Shown here one piece after another: positions 26,020 through 35,062 of a stretch of 64,000 bases of DNA. The DNA is taken from IMG/VR virus record IMGVR_UViG_3300025133_000024; one strand, written 5' to 3'. The stretch is from a virus. The translations under genes were made by a program, and so were the position numbers. Below the pieces are notes generated by a model. The model was not told where the DNA came from. It saw nothing but the letters and a program-made list of their open reading frames with translations, and made no database searches. Numbering within the stretch: position 1 is the first letter of the stretch; each line of letters starts with the position of its first letter.

Positions 26020-27312
26020 TTATCCCATTGTCATATACATTGGCATTTTTGTTAAGGCTTGATTTATATGTTCCGCCTCTTGTGCCTGAATCTCAGCGAT
26101 TTTTGCATATGTTAATTCATCAAGAATTGTTTTCAATTCTTCTTTAAGTTTTTGCTGCTCTTCTTTTCCTTGCGAAGCCAACTCACCATGATTTAATGTC
26201 ACAGATTCTCCAGGAATTGGCAAAGTTTGGAACTTTCCTCTATTCTGAGAAAGAATGATTTTACAAGTTGCTAAACAATATCTCCTAATCCAATGCTTAC
26301 CCATCGAATTTATACTATTATAAGAAATGTTAGCAAATGGCAGTGTATTCACATTATTTATTCCATCAACACCCTGAGAAAAACCCTCACTCTCCTCCCA
26401 AGGATTCTCATCAACAATAAACTCAACCCACAACTTAGTGAAACTTCTATCTGGAACCGGAAAAACCCTTATTTTATTATTCTCTATTTTATAAGAATAA
26501 TGAGAGATTCTTGTTCTTATCGCATCTTCAAATGCAGCAGCCTGAGCCTTGTTTTGCCAAACAGGAATAAGTTGCCATGTTGAGTCATCAGCATATTGAC
26601 CATATGTTGATAAATTGCCAATAGATGATAATCCACCATAATAACCATAAAATCTCCAAACTGCTCTCGGAGATAAATAATATACTTTTTTCACTCTTAT
26701 TTTCTTGTTCTTTATTTTTCCTGAATATAGCTCACCTGAAGACAAAGACGATGTATACAGCAATGCTTGCAAATCATAACTTTGTTTGCCACCTTGTAGA
26801 GCTATAGACCCTGAATATAAAGTCTCATTTCCTCCAATTCCAACTTGAGTCCCAACACCATCTGCATATCTATTAACATATCCAAATTGCATTTTGGGAA
26901 ACTTTAAAGCAACATTTGAACCTGACAATGTACCTGATAATACACTACCAGAAAGATATTGTCCTTGATGGTCGAATGAACCTGTTTCTTTTCCTAACAA
27001 AGTTGGCAGAACTGACTTGGCTTGATGCAAGTTTACAATATATGAGTATTCCAAACATGAATCTTCATATGCTGAATATACATCCTCAGGCGTTAATTCA
27101 ATATCCAAGACTGCTCCACCCAACATTCTGTAAGTGAACGCAACTTGACCAACTGCACCGGAAATGAATTCGTTTTTTTCTGCAAGGGGAACTGAGGAAT
27201 TGACGTAGGTTCCGTAAGGTAAGACACTCTCTGTAACACCGGTATATGAACCAGTAGATGTTAAAACAATTCGACTTGTGACTGTTACAGGAGTTAAAGA
27301 TGGAAGGGCCAT
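26020..27312 (-). CDS. Neck / head-tail adaptor protein (gp13-like)
   Basis: YRMLGGAVLDIELT, AYEDSCLEYS, WIRRYCLA..K..L...RGKF..LPIPG..VTLN...L...GKEE motifs. Confidence 0.8.
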   Translation of the reverse strand: MALPSLTPVTVTSRIVLTSTGSYTGVTESVLPYGTYVNSSVPLAEKNEFISGAVGQVAFTYRMLGGAVLDIELTPEDVYSAYEDSCLEYSYIVNLHQAKSVLPTLLGKETGSFDHQGQYLSGSVLSGTLSGSNVALKFPKMQFGYVNRYADGVGTQVGIGGNETLYSGSIALQGGKQSYDLQALLYTSSLSSGELYSGKIKNKKIRVKKVYYLSPRAVWRFYGYYGGLSSIGNLSTYGQYADDSTWQLIPVWQNKAQAAAFEDAIRTRISHYSYKIENNKIRVFPVPDRSFTKLWVEFIVDENPWEESEGFSQGVDGINNVNTLPFANISYNSINSMGKHWIRRYCLATCKIILSQNRGKFQTLPIPGESVTLNHGELASQGKEEQQKLKEELKTILDELTYAKIAEIQAQEAEHINQALTKMPMYMTMG

Positions 27313-27341
27313 TCACTGTTTCCTCAATAGCAATTTACAAG

Positions 27342-27350
27342 TAAATAGTT
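27342..27350 (-). promoter_or_regulatory. Late-promoter-like motif AACTATTTA upstream of the neck gene
   Basis: Recurrent intergenic motif 30 nt before the ATG. Confidence 0.6.
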
Positions 27351-27397
27351 ACTGAGAAAGGAAGGCTATTTGTGGGACACTTTATGAGGAATTTTTC

Positions 27398-27625
27398 TTA
27401 TTTTTTTTGCTCTTCGTATTTCATGAATTCATAAATGGAAGTATAACAATCAACGTTATATGAAAATCTTATGACATTCATTGTTTTGAAGTCAAAGACC
27501 TTATACAACCATTTGCTTTTCTTTTTATCTTTTGTGTTGATATTGTCTAGGACCATATAAGTCCTTGTTTCATCATGTGATAAAAAAACATCACCTGCTT
27601 TCATTTTGTTCTTCTTTTTATTCAT
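27398..27625 (-). CDS. KxGD-family microprotein
   Basis: MKAGDVFLSHDETRTYMVL...MKYEEQKK; coupled to the endonuclease gene. Confidence 0.65.
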   Translation of the reverse strand: MNKKKNKMKAGDVFLSHDETRTYMVLDNINTKDKKKSKWLYKVFDFKTMNVIRFSYNVDCYTSIYEFMKYEEQKK

Positions 27626-29039
27626 TGAATTCTAACTCATATACCTTTGAACCACAGCCATAAATCTTATACACACCATCATCCTCAGCAACTTGTTTTT
27701 CTGATTTTCCTGGTTGAGCTTTAAATTTTGTTCTAGAAAATCTTTGCTTCCAATCTGTGTACCAATAATCTAAGACCGTATCTCTTTTAAATTTAAATCC
27801 AGTTTCTTCATATCCTTTGCCAACACCAAATCTCATGTCAACATATGTCATTATACCAGAAAACCCATTATCTTTCGAGTACTTTTTTGCCTTTTTTAAA
27901 AGCTTGCTCAATCCCCCAACAACATTTGTATTAAGTTCACAAGCGTATCTAGAAATCTCAATTTTGTTGTTTTTGTTTTGCATGGGAACTCTTAGTGACA
28001 AACAAGCCACTAATAAATTATCATGATATAAACCATAGCATACTCTCGCACCAGTATCTCCACTAATATGAGTTTTGTTAAAAAAGTTTCTTCTTTCTTC
28101 TACAGAAACTTCCTTAATGATGCATCTTCTTGCGTAAATTTTATTTGGAGACTTATGTAATCTGTGAAGCAGCATAGATTTAATTATTTCTTGTTTGTTT
28201 TTCCATTCATCAGAAAATACATGAAACAGTTGAATATTTTTTTCTGAACATAAATCTGTTTTTTGACGATGAGCGGATTTAGAAAGATATTCCTCTGTGT
28301 GCCAATATAAACCATTATATTCAATAGCAAAATTATTTTCGGGAAAATAAAAATCCAGTTCTTTTGGATTAATAATTTTTTGAGTGTTATATTCAAATTC
28401 TATATTATTTTCCAAAAGAAAATCCTTGATTTCTTCTTGTTGTAAAGAGTTTTTGGGAATTGGAAAACAATATCTACATCGACTTCCTCTTTCTAAAGCC
28501 ATTAAAGTCTTGAAATTACCTTTATTACATTTTTTACAAACAAGTTCTAATTTTTGTTTTTGTCTAGAAAAATAATCGTCATATGTTGTTTGAACAACAA
28601 AACTCTCTTCCAAGGTCGAAACCCTTTCGTTAAACTCATTTTCCGTTAATAATGCATAACTTTTCATTTTCTGAATGGAATCTTGAGTGTGTTTTTTCCC
28701 ATAGAAAGGATTCCCTTCACCAGAGTACATTTCGGAGTATTTTTGTAACCTTTCGTCTGTTTCCTTGGTTTTTCCCTTATTCCAGGGTACATCACCAGGT
28801 TTAAATTTGTTACGCCCCTCAGCAGAACCTAAATTTGCATGTTTTTTACAATACTTTTTAAATGTAAAAGAAACATATCTGGTTTCATCACCACACTCAG
28901 AACACAAAGGTCTTTCACCATTATATAAATGTTTTATCGTATACTCTTGTGTTTTTAACCCATGTTTCATTTGTAAATGGGAAGCAAATCCCCTAGCTTT
29001 AACAAAAATCTCATCACAAATCACACATTGAAAACTCAT
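27618..29039 (-). CDS. Hef-like freestanding homing endonuclease (C2H2 zinc finger, NUMOD3, PD-(D/E)xK-type nuclease, C-terminal GNAT/Mom-like domain)
   Basis: CVIC...HLQMKH, GEGNPFYGKKHT, ELDFYFPENNFAIEYNGLYWH, KIYARRC, EISRY..VVGGLSKL, TYVDMRFGVGKGY. Confidence 0.75.
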   Translation of the reverse strand: MSFQCVICDEIFVKARGFASHLQMKHGLKTQEYTIKHLYNGERPLCSECGDETRYVSFTFKKYCKKHANLGSAEGRNKFKPGDVPWNKGKTKETDERLQKYSEMYSGEGNPFYGKKHTQDSIQKMKSYALLTENEFNERVSTLEESFVVQTTYDDYFSRQKQKLELVCKKCNKGNFKTLMALERGSRCRYCFPIPKNSLQQEEIKDFLLENNIEFEYNTQKIINPKELDFYFPENNFAIEYNGLYWHTEEYLSKSAHRQKTDLCSEKNIQLFHVFSDEWKNKQEIIKSMLLHRLHKSPNKIYARRCIIKEVSVEERRNFFNKTHISGDTGARVCYGLYHDNLLVACLSLRVPMQNKNNKIEISRYACELNTNVVGGLSKLLKKAKKYSKDNGFSGIMTYVDMRFGVGKGYEETGFKFKRDTVLDYWYTDWKQRFSRTKFKAQPGKSEKQVAEDDGVYKIYGCGSKVYELEFNE

Positions 29040-29094
29040 TTTAAACTCTTTTATACCAAAATATCACGTCCTTGCGTTATTGCAAGGTATATAA

Positions 29095-29123
29095 ACCATA
29101 GCATGATTCTCACAAGATGTCAA
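29095..29123 (-). promoter_or_regulatory. Sigma70-type promoter of the endonuclease gene
   Basis: TTGACA (29118-29123), 17 nt, TATGGT (29095-29100) with an extended TG. Confidence 0.6.
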
Positions 29124-29135
29124 GAGATATTAAAT

Positions 29136-29172
29136 AAAAAAAACCCCACAAAAACAAAGTCTTGTGGGGTTT
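29136..29172 (-). terminator. Terminator after the major capsid gene
   Basis: AAACCCCACAA/TTGTGGGGTTT stem followed by a U-tract on minus strand. Confidence 0.85.
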
Positions 29173-29213
29173 AATCAATTACTTTAAAATGTAATTAAAT
29201 TATAACACTATTA

Positions 29214-30980
29214 TTAAGTGCCGCTCTCACCAAGCATTCCACGAACAACGACCAAACCATAATGGTCAGGCTTAACCATTTTTCTAGAATATCTCGTCAT
29301 TACCCCTCGTCTTGGCGTGAAATCCTCGGGCCCAAAGATTACCGGTGTGACTTGTAGGGGCACATAAGGAGCATAAACATATCCTGATTCGAGGAATGAG
29401 GAGCCTTTGCGTCCAACAAGGATTAGGTTGCGAGGGAAATAGGGGTCAACCCAGATGTCCCATTTTTTGGAAATACTTCCTGCTTTATAGGCACCAGCAG
29501 TACCTTTATCTGCATCAGAAGAAATGGTGGCTTTAAAGCCGTTTGTCATTTCTAGAATGGCAGCAGTTTCAGGTCCGAGAACAAGGAAGTTTGCTCCACC
29601 TCGAAGGGTTTTGCGGTGAATGACGGCTGAAAGGTCATTTACGGTTTCAATAAGGGTTTCATACCATTCTGAAACATTTCCGGTGAAGTCAGGAGCTTTG
29701 GTATTTGCACCAATTTCAAGACCAGTTTCTCGGTTGAGGAACATACCGGGTGAACGTGCCCAGTAATAAGTTCCAGCAGTTGCACCGTTAATGAGGTCAA
29801 CGATGATTTCGCGGTCAATCTCAAGAGCAATTTCTTCGGAAAGAATCTGAGTGAGTTCGACTTCAGCATCAAGGTTGTGATAAGCAGAAAGGTCTTGACC
29901 CAATTCGGGAGTCCATTTTGCTTTTAGCTTTTTGGTCTGAGCAGTAACCGCAATTGAATCAACCTTGATGTCGATTTCGGGAATACCAGCATCAGCCTCA
30001 AGACCCCAATTATCTTGACCAGCGACAGAACCAAGAGCACCACCAGCTTGGAAGTTATCAACAATTGGGAAAGTGAAGTTTGGCATTGGACCTTGAGCAC
30101 CTGATAGTTGTGTAGGTGTTCGTGAACCGTCAAAAGAGACATTAAACAAGAGAACTTCGGTTTTAGCAGAACCAGAGTAATCAGTTAGTCTTCGAACTTG
30201 AAGGTCATCAGTTGCAGCCCATTTTCCATGACCATCTGAGGATGATACCATGATAGAAATAAGGTTTTCATCACTGAAGAATGAAGAACCTGAAATATCA
30301 AAGTCAGAAAGGGTTCCTTTTGCAACAGCAACGTTTGTGGTTCCAGAGACAAATTCAGGGTCAAACTTACAAAGTTTCATAAGTTCTTCTGAGAAGGTTC
30401 CACCAGTGTCACCATTAACTTGTCCACCATAAGTTCCAGAAAGAACAGTGGTTAGGTTAATGTTACCTGAGCCAGTGGGGGATGAATAACCTTGGTTAAG
30501 GTGATAAAATCCTTTCTCAGCAAATGAACCAGTAAGTTTAACACCACCGGTAATTTGAGACCCAACAACGCCACCACCATAAATGGATTTATTAACGTCT
30601 GCATATAGACGAGAAGTGGTTTCTGATGCAAACTTAAAATCTAGGAAGAAGATAAGTCCTGAGGGTAAACTCATGGGTTGAACAGACACAAGGTCATTAG
30701 CAATAAGACCACCAAAAACACGTCGAACAATGGGGAATGCAACAGAAGCAAAACCTTCTACATCACCACCTCCAGCACGAGCCATGAGTGAACTTTCTTT
30801 TAGTAACTGTTTTGTTTGGTTTTCGAGTAAGACAGATACATTCTGTCGTGTAACTTCATTATCGAGACCTTCTAGAAGACCAGTTTTCTGCCACTTATCA
30901 GCAAGGGCAGAGTTTTCTTGAGAGAGGTCACGAAAATGAATATTTTTTCCTAATTTTTCTAATACGGACATTTTATTCAT
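29214..30980 (-). CDS. gp23: Major capsid protein (T4 gp23-like)
   Basis: KWQKTGLLEGL, FPIVRRVFGGL, SVQPMSLPSGLIF, KLKAKWTPELGQDL, YAPYVPL, GVMTRY motifs. Confidence 0.97.
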   Translation of the reverse strand: MNKMSVLEKLGKNIHFRDLSQENSALADKWQKTGLLEGLDNEVTRQNVSVLLENQTKQLLKESSLMARAGGGDVEGFASVAFPIVRRVFGGLIANDLVSVQPMSLPSGLIFFLDFKFASETTSRLYADVNKSIYGGGVVGSQITGGVKLTGSFAEKGFYHLNQGYSSPTGSGNINLTTVLSGTYGGQVNGDTGGTFSEELMKLCKFDPEFVSGTTNVAVAKGTLSDFDISGSSFFSDENLISIMVSSSDGHGKWAATDDLQVRRLTDYSGSAKTEVLLFNVSFDGSRTPTQLSGAQGPMPNFTFPIVDNFQAGGALGSVAGQDNWGLEADAGIPEIDIKVDSIAVTAQTKKLKAKWTPELGQDLSAYHNLDAEVELTQILSEEIALEIDREIIVDLINGATAGTYYWARSPGMFLNRETGLEIGANTKAPDFTGNVSEWYETLIETVNDLSAVIHRKTLRGGANFLVLGPETAAILEMTNGFKATISSDADKGTAGAYKAGSISKKWDIWVDPYFPRNLILVGRKGSSFLESGYVYAPYVPLQVTPVIFGPEDFTPRRGVMTRYSRKMVKPDHYGLVVVRGMLGESGT

Positions 30981-30989
30981 TTTCTCCTT

Positions 30990-32003
30990 TTATAAAATTC
31001 CTGCTAATTTCTTCCATCGATGCTTTTTATTTTCAACGATGGCATCTTCGGTTTCTTGAGAATTTGCAGTCAAGACTGAATTGTTTTTTCCTGAAACAGC
31101 TTCAAGCAATGATTTTGGTGATTTTGTGTTAGATTTTAAATCGCCCATTGTTTGTTTAAGAGTTTCATATACAATTTTTGCTTGTTCGACAGATGTTGAC
31201 TCAGTGATTTGTTTAATCATTGACTTTTTCTGTCGCTCATTCAAGGAGGATGCTCCCAAGACTTTGTTTGTGTAAAGCAACTTAGCATTTGTGGTGTTAA
31301 CTTGATTTACATATTCTTTTAAATTTTGTACAATATCTTTCAATTTTGCATTTTGTTTCCTAAAAAGGCTTTGCCTTCCTTTTAGGATTTTAATTTGTTC
31401 TTCAAGGTTTTCTACTTCTTCTTCTAAACCTTGGACTTGTTTTGCTTTCGCAACTTCATCAACATGTTCCAATTCTTTACTAGTTGGCGCACCAAGATGA
31501 CCATGAGAAACAATGTTGTAAGGGAAGTTTAACTCTTCATCCAAATCTTCCATTTCCATTAAAGGAGCAGAAGACATCGGAGCAGATTCAGTATCATTTG
31601 TAATGCTAATTGGGATTGTTGCTTCTGCTTCAAGAGGAGCTTGACGTTGATTCATCATCTCCCCTTCGATTTCTTGTTTCAATTCATCAAAATTTATTGT
31701 AATTTCTTCATCATCTCTTTCAAGAGAATTAAATTCATCTGTGTTGACCAATGGTATTTGAGACTGCAATTCTGAAGAAACTTCACCCTCAGGCTCTTCC
31801 ATTCCTAAATCAGTTGGAGCACCAGCCATTTCAGGGTCCATTTCGTCTTCAAAACCAAGTGAATCTTCTTGCTCAAGCAATTCATTAATTGTGCTCTTTA
31901 ATTCTTTAGAATATTTTTCAATAATTGTTTGTTCAGCAAGTTGTTTTGCAGAATTTTTTAATTCATCTGCGTCAATAATTGCCTGTTCTAACATATTTGA
32001 CAT
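30990..32003 (-). CDS. Prohead core scaffolding protein (gp22-like)
   Basis: Acidic coiled-coil protein directly upstream of the capsid gene; NAKLLYTNK, C-terminal RWKKLAGI. Confidence 0.8.
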   Translation of the reverse strand: MSNMLEQAIIDADELKNSAKQLAEQTIIEKYSKELKSTINELLEQEDSLGFEDEMDPEMAGAPTDLGMEEPEGEVSSELQSQIPLVNTDEFNSLERDDEEITINFDELKQEIEGEMMNQRQAPLEAEATIPISITNDTESAPMSSAPLMEMEDLDEELNFPYNIVSHGHLGAPTSKELEHVDEVAKAKQVQGLEEEVENLEEQIKILKGRQSLFRKQNAKLKDIVQNLKEYVNQVNTTNAKLLYTNKVLGASSLNERQKKSMIKQITESTSVEQAKIVYETLKQTMGDLKSNTKSPKSLLEAVSGKNNSVLTANSQETEDAIVENKKHRWKKLAGIL

Positions 32004-32063
32004 TTATATAATTTCCAATGTTATTTTTCAATTCAAAATAATTTAAACTATTAAATTTACAAA

Positions 32064-32072
32064 TAAATAGTT
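32064..32072 (-). promoter_or_regulatory. Late-promoter-like motif AACTATTTA upstream of scaffold/capsid
   Basis: Recurrent intergenic motif, just downstream of a terminator. Confidence 0.6.
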
Positions 32073-32098
32073 TTTTTTGTTTTAAAAGTTCGTTGAGT

Positions 32099-32128
32099 AA
32101 AAAAAAAAGGCCCCAAAAGGGGCCTTTC
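32099..32128 (-). terminator. Terminator upstream of the scaffold operon
   Basis: GAAAGGCCCC-TTTT-GGGGCC followed by U10 on minus strand. Confidence 0.88.
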
Positions 32129-32158
32129 AAAGGTATCATTAATTGTTAATAACTAAGA

Positions 32159-32551
32159 TTACATTAGATACCAGGAAGTAACACCAGAACCAGTAGAAAA
32201 GAACATGTTGTTGTTATCGGTGTCAAGATAAAAATCACCTGCTTTTGAAGCGGAAACAGTGCCATCGGAATTACCGGAACCTGAATGCATTCTTCCGACT
32301 TCTTGATGCCGATAATACTGAGAATCATGGTTGTGATATGAAGAAGCATCGCTACCATCAGTTAGAGTATCATGTTGTGCTTGAGTTAGGTGATAACGTT
32401 GACCGGCAATACCACCTTGTTGGTTAATAAGGTCATTATGGCTAAAAAGTGTGGGAAGTTTAACCCAGGCAGAGCCATTGTAGATATAAACTTCATCTAA
32501 ATTCTGAACGAAATATGTCTTAACTGATGAACCTATTTGTAACTTCGACAT
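32159..32551 (-). CDS. Small fibre/decoration-like virion protein
   Basis: HNDLINQQGG...YHLTQAQH...HNHDSQYY His-rich motifs typical of phage fibres. Confidence 0.5.
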   Translation of the reverse strand: MSKLQIGSSVKTYFVQNLDEVYIYNGSAWVKLPTLFSHNDLINQQGGIAGQRYHLTQAQHDTLTDGSDASSYHNHDSQYYRHQEVGRMHSGSGNSDGTVSASKAGDFYLDTDNNNMFFSTGSGVTSWYLM

Positions 32552-32569
32552 ACTCTGTTCGTTCCACCT

Positions 32570-32576
32570 TAACTAG
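32570..32576 (-). promoter_or_regulatory. Late-promoter variant CTAGTTA
   Basis: One mismatch from CTATTTA; intergenic, 19 nt before the ATG. Confidence 0.4.
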
Positions 32577-32614
32577 ATATAATTCCCTCAAAAGACTTGA
32601 GCCTTTATAAAAAT

Positions 32615-33403
32615 TTACTTTTCCCTATACTCTAATTTTAAACGTAGAATTTTACCGGCAATAGCGCTGTTATTGCCATTGAATATACTTAATGCAATAG
32701 TCATATTATCCTGTTCAAAAGGTCTCGCTTTAGAACCTGCTGTTTCTGATAATTCATTTTGATTGTCATAAAAGGAAATGCCTCTCTGAATCATATCTTT
32801 ATCATCAGGGAAACCACCACTATAAACTCCTGTTCTAAAATAAGCACCTTTATCAAAAAGTTCAATTTGCAGAACATCACCTGAGATACTATTTGTATCT
32901 TCTGTGAAATATGTTCCAGATGAACCTCCATACATGCCCCATCTATCAGTTGGACCTGTGGTTTTCCCTCTTATCATTCCAATTATCATTTCTCCACCAG
33001 TTCCGGCATTTCTTTCAAAAACCGCCATAACTGTGTCCCAGTTTGTTGTTGAAGTAAAATCAAATTGAACTGTTAATTTGAGATAATGTTTCGAAATATC
33101 AAAAGAAGAAAATAAATTTGTGATGAGGGTTCTTAAAATGGGGCTTGTTCTTGTTCCATAATCAAAACTTGTAGAATTAGATGGAAGAGTCCATTCTAAC
33201 CCTGTACTTCCATCCAAACCCCATGTTGTGGCTTGTGCTGTATTAACAGCTTCCCATGTTTTTCCATCAATGGTTTTATTTCCATCACCTGAGATAAAAC
33301 TTTGAGAAACAGCCGATGTATAATTCGCTTCATATGCTGTTTGAAAGCCAGTAGTTGTGGAAGAACCTGTAGATGATGTTGAACCGTAATTATAACCACT
33401 CAT
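32615..33403 (-). CDS. Putative beta-rich virion protein
   Basis: 262 aa, S/T/G-rich, in the head operon. Confidence 0.5.
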   Translation of the reverse strand: MSGYNYGSTSSTGSSTTTGFQTAYEANYTSAVSQSFISGDGNKTIDGKTWEAVNTAQATTWGLDGSTGLEWTLPSNSTSFDYGTRTSPILRTLITNLFSSFDISKHYLKLTVQFDFTSTTNWDTVMAVFERNAGTGGEMIIGMIRGKTTGPTDRWGMYGGSSGTYFTEDTNSISGDVLQIELFDKGAYFRTGVYSGGFPDDKDMIQRGISFYDNQNELSETAGSKARPFEQDNMTIALSIFNGNNSAIAGKILRLKLEYREK

Positions 33404-33786
33404 TAAATGTTAATTCCTGAACCTGTAAGTTGATACATTCTATTTTTATCAATACGAGTTAATTCTGCATATACCTCAATACCAGTTCCACCAGAACTAG
33501 AATTAGATACATAAATCTCTCTACATTTAACATCATAAGTAAAACTTGAATTAGATGTTAATGTGATGTAATGATTATTGTCATATACAAGAGTGTTTGA
33601 TTTTGTATCAAAATGAACTCTGAGGGTGTTGCTTCCTGTGTTAAGGATTGTGATGCTTTTTGTTACAAAAGGAAATTCAAGTTTTACTTCTGTTCCAACA
33701 TCAATATATGAACCCGTTAACCAAGGATGCCCTGAAACTTGATATGATGCAGCATGTCCAATGCCTACTCCATGATGTGTACTCAT
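33403..33786 (-). CDS. Putative head decoration / minor virion protein
   Basis: GIGHAASYQVSGHPWLTGS..FPFVTKSI motif; GGAG SD. Confidence 0.55.
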   Translation of the reverse strand: MSTHHGVGIGHAASYQVSGHPWLTGSYIDVGTEVKLEFPFVTKSITILNTGSNTLRVHFDTKSNTLVYDNNHYITLTSNSSFTYDVKCREIYVSNSSSGGTGIEVYAELTRIDKNRMYQLTGSGINI

Positions 33787-34196
33787 TATTTTACTCCAAT
33801 TTTATTTAAATTATATACCATTGCCTTCTTTATATCCTTGAATAAGAAAGTACAGAAAATAGACCAATCAGTGTTTGTCTTGATTGAGGCACCATCAGTA
33901 AAGTCTGTTTCTCCTCCATTATCATCTTTATATTTTATTTGTACGCCATTTGTTAGCTCGGTTAACGAACCATATCTTTCTGCTCTAAAAGTAGGTGAAT
34001 CTTTAATGTTTATTAGAATTCTTGACACTCTATAAATTGAGCCACTAGGAGGTTGAATATAAAAACGTTGAACTGCTGAGGAATAATCTTCGTTGGCGTT
34101 TTTTATTCCAATGCCGCTACCAGATGTATCAAGAAATCTAGAAAGTATGTATTTTTGTTCCCCTATGGGGTATTTTCTAAAATTTGCGTTGCTCAT
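33786..34196 (-). CDS. Hypothetical virion protein, possibly internally deleted
   Basis: FYIQPP..YRVSRILINI..LTNG..IKTNTDW; the C-terminus runs through AT-rich sequence containing the next SD. Confidence 0.5.
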   Translation of the reverse strand: MSNANFRKYPIGEQKYILSRFLDTSGSGIGIKNANEDYSSAVQRFYIQPPSGSIYRVSRILINIKDSPTFRAERYGSLTELTNGVQIKYKDDNGGETDFTDGASIKTNTDWSIFCTFLFKDIKKAMVYNLNKIGVK

Positions 34197-34197
34197 T

Positions 34198-34872
34198 TTA
34201 TGCGAAAGGTCTTGCTAGAATCCAATACCTTTTCTTTCCTTTGTTATTTGTTTTGTTCTTGAACCAGTAATCATAACCGGCTCCTTCTGCTAATGGTGAG
34301 GCAGCCCATGTATCAAGTGCTTTTTTATTATAAATTTCTATATGTGGGTTGGGAGCAACCAAGAACCAATGATGTGGTAATTCACCTTCATACCCAATAA
34401 CACCAACATCACCTTCTTGAGCAATATTTGGGTCTGTAAATAAACCCTTCGCCCAACCTAACTTAACAAATGCCTGAGCAATTCCATTTGAATTTAACAA
34501 GGACACGGTCTTTAAAGTCCCAATTTCTTTTTTTGTTATTTCTTTTTCCAAACCAAGTTCTTTAAACGCATGAATAATACACCAAAAAGTCGTCCCCAAA
34601 CAAGCCACCGGAATATTTTCACCTTCCCTCAGTGACTTCCCTTCATCAGGTTCAGCCGGATAACACCAAAGAACACGTCTTCCATTCCATAAAACATCTG
34701 TGCCTTTATCCTCAGAGTTGTCAGGTTGATATGATGTTATTGGTTGTGGGCATCCATGGTCATCATCCAAACTTCTTGTCGAATATTCAGTTTTGTCAGC
34801 CAAATGTTCGTCACAATAATCTTGAATTTTTACTAAAGCTTTCTGCCACTCTTCATTACTTATTTTTAGCAT
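34198..34872 (-). CDS. Putative papain-like (NlpC/P60/CHAP-type) peptidoglycan hydrolase
   Basis: Cys in ACLGTT, EGDV, His in PHHWFLV, spaced as in permuted NlpC/P60-like enzymes. Confidence 0.4.
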   Translation of the reverse strand: MLKISNEEWQKALVKIQDYCDEHLADKTEYSTRSLDDDHGCPQPITSYQPDNSEDKGTDVLWNGRRVLWCYPAEPDEGKSLREGENIPVACLGTTFWCIIHAFKELGLEKEITKKEIGTLKTVSLLNSNGIAQAFVKLGWAKGLFTDPNIAQEGDVGVIGYEGELPHHWFLVAPNPHIEIYNKKALDTWAASPLAEGAGYDYWFKNKTNNKGKKRYWILARPFA

Positions 34873-35059
34873 TTTCTTTTTTCCTTAAATGTCTAACTTT
34901 TTCTTTATGTTTTCTTTTCTTCTCAGAAGGTTTAACAAAATATCTCCTTTCCAGAAATTCCTTGATTACGCCTGCTTTGGACACTTTCTTTTTGAACCTC
35001 TTGAGTAACTTCTCTTGAGACTCACCCCTTTTCAATTTTACTTCTGCATTAACAGACAT
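34856..35059 (-). CDS. rpsU: 30S ribosomal protein bS21
   Basis: GESQEKLLKRFKKKV..AGVIKE...RRYFVKPSEKKR is the bS21 signature; 67 aa, highly basic. Confidence 0.92.
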   Translation of the reverse strand: MSVNAEVKLKRGESQEKLLKRFKKKVSKAGVIKEFLERRYFVKPSEKKRKHKEKVRHLRKKENAKNK

Positions 35060-35062
35060 TTT

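Larger units (their letters stand above)
25270..26167. repeat. Direct repeat of about 148 nt (25270-25417 and 26020-26167), offset 750 nt
   Basis: 102 nt with 1 mismatch, then 46 nt with about 10 synonymous differences. Confidence 0.95.
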
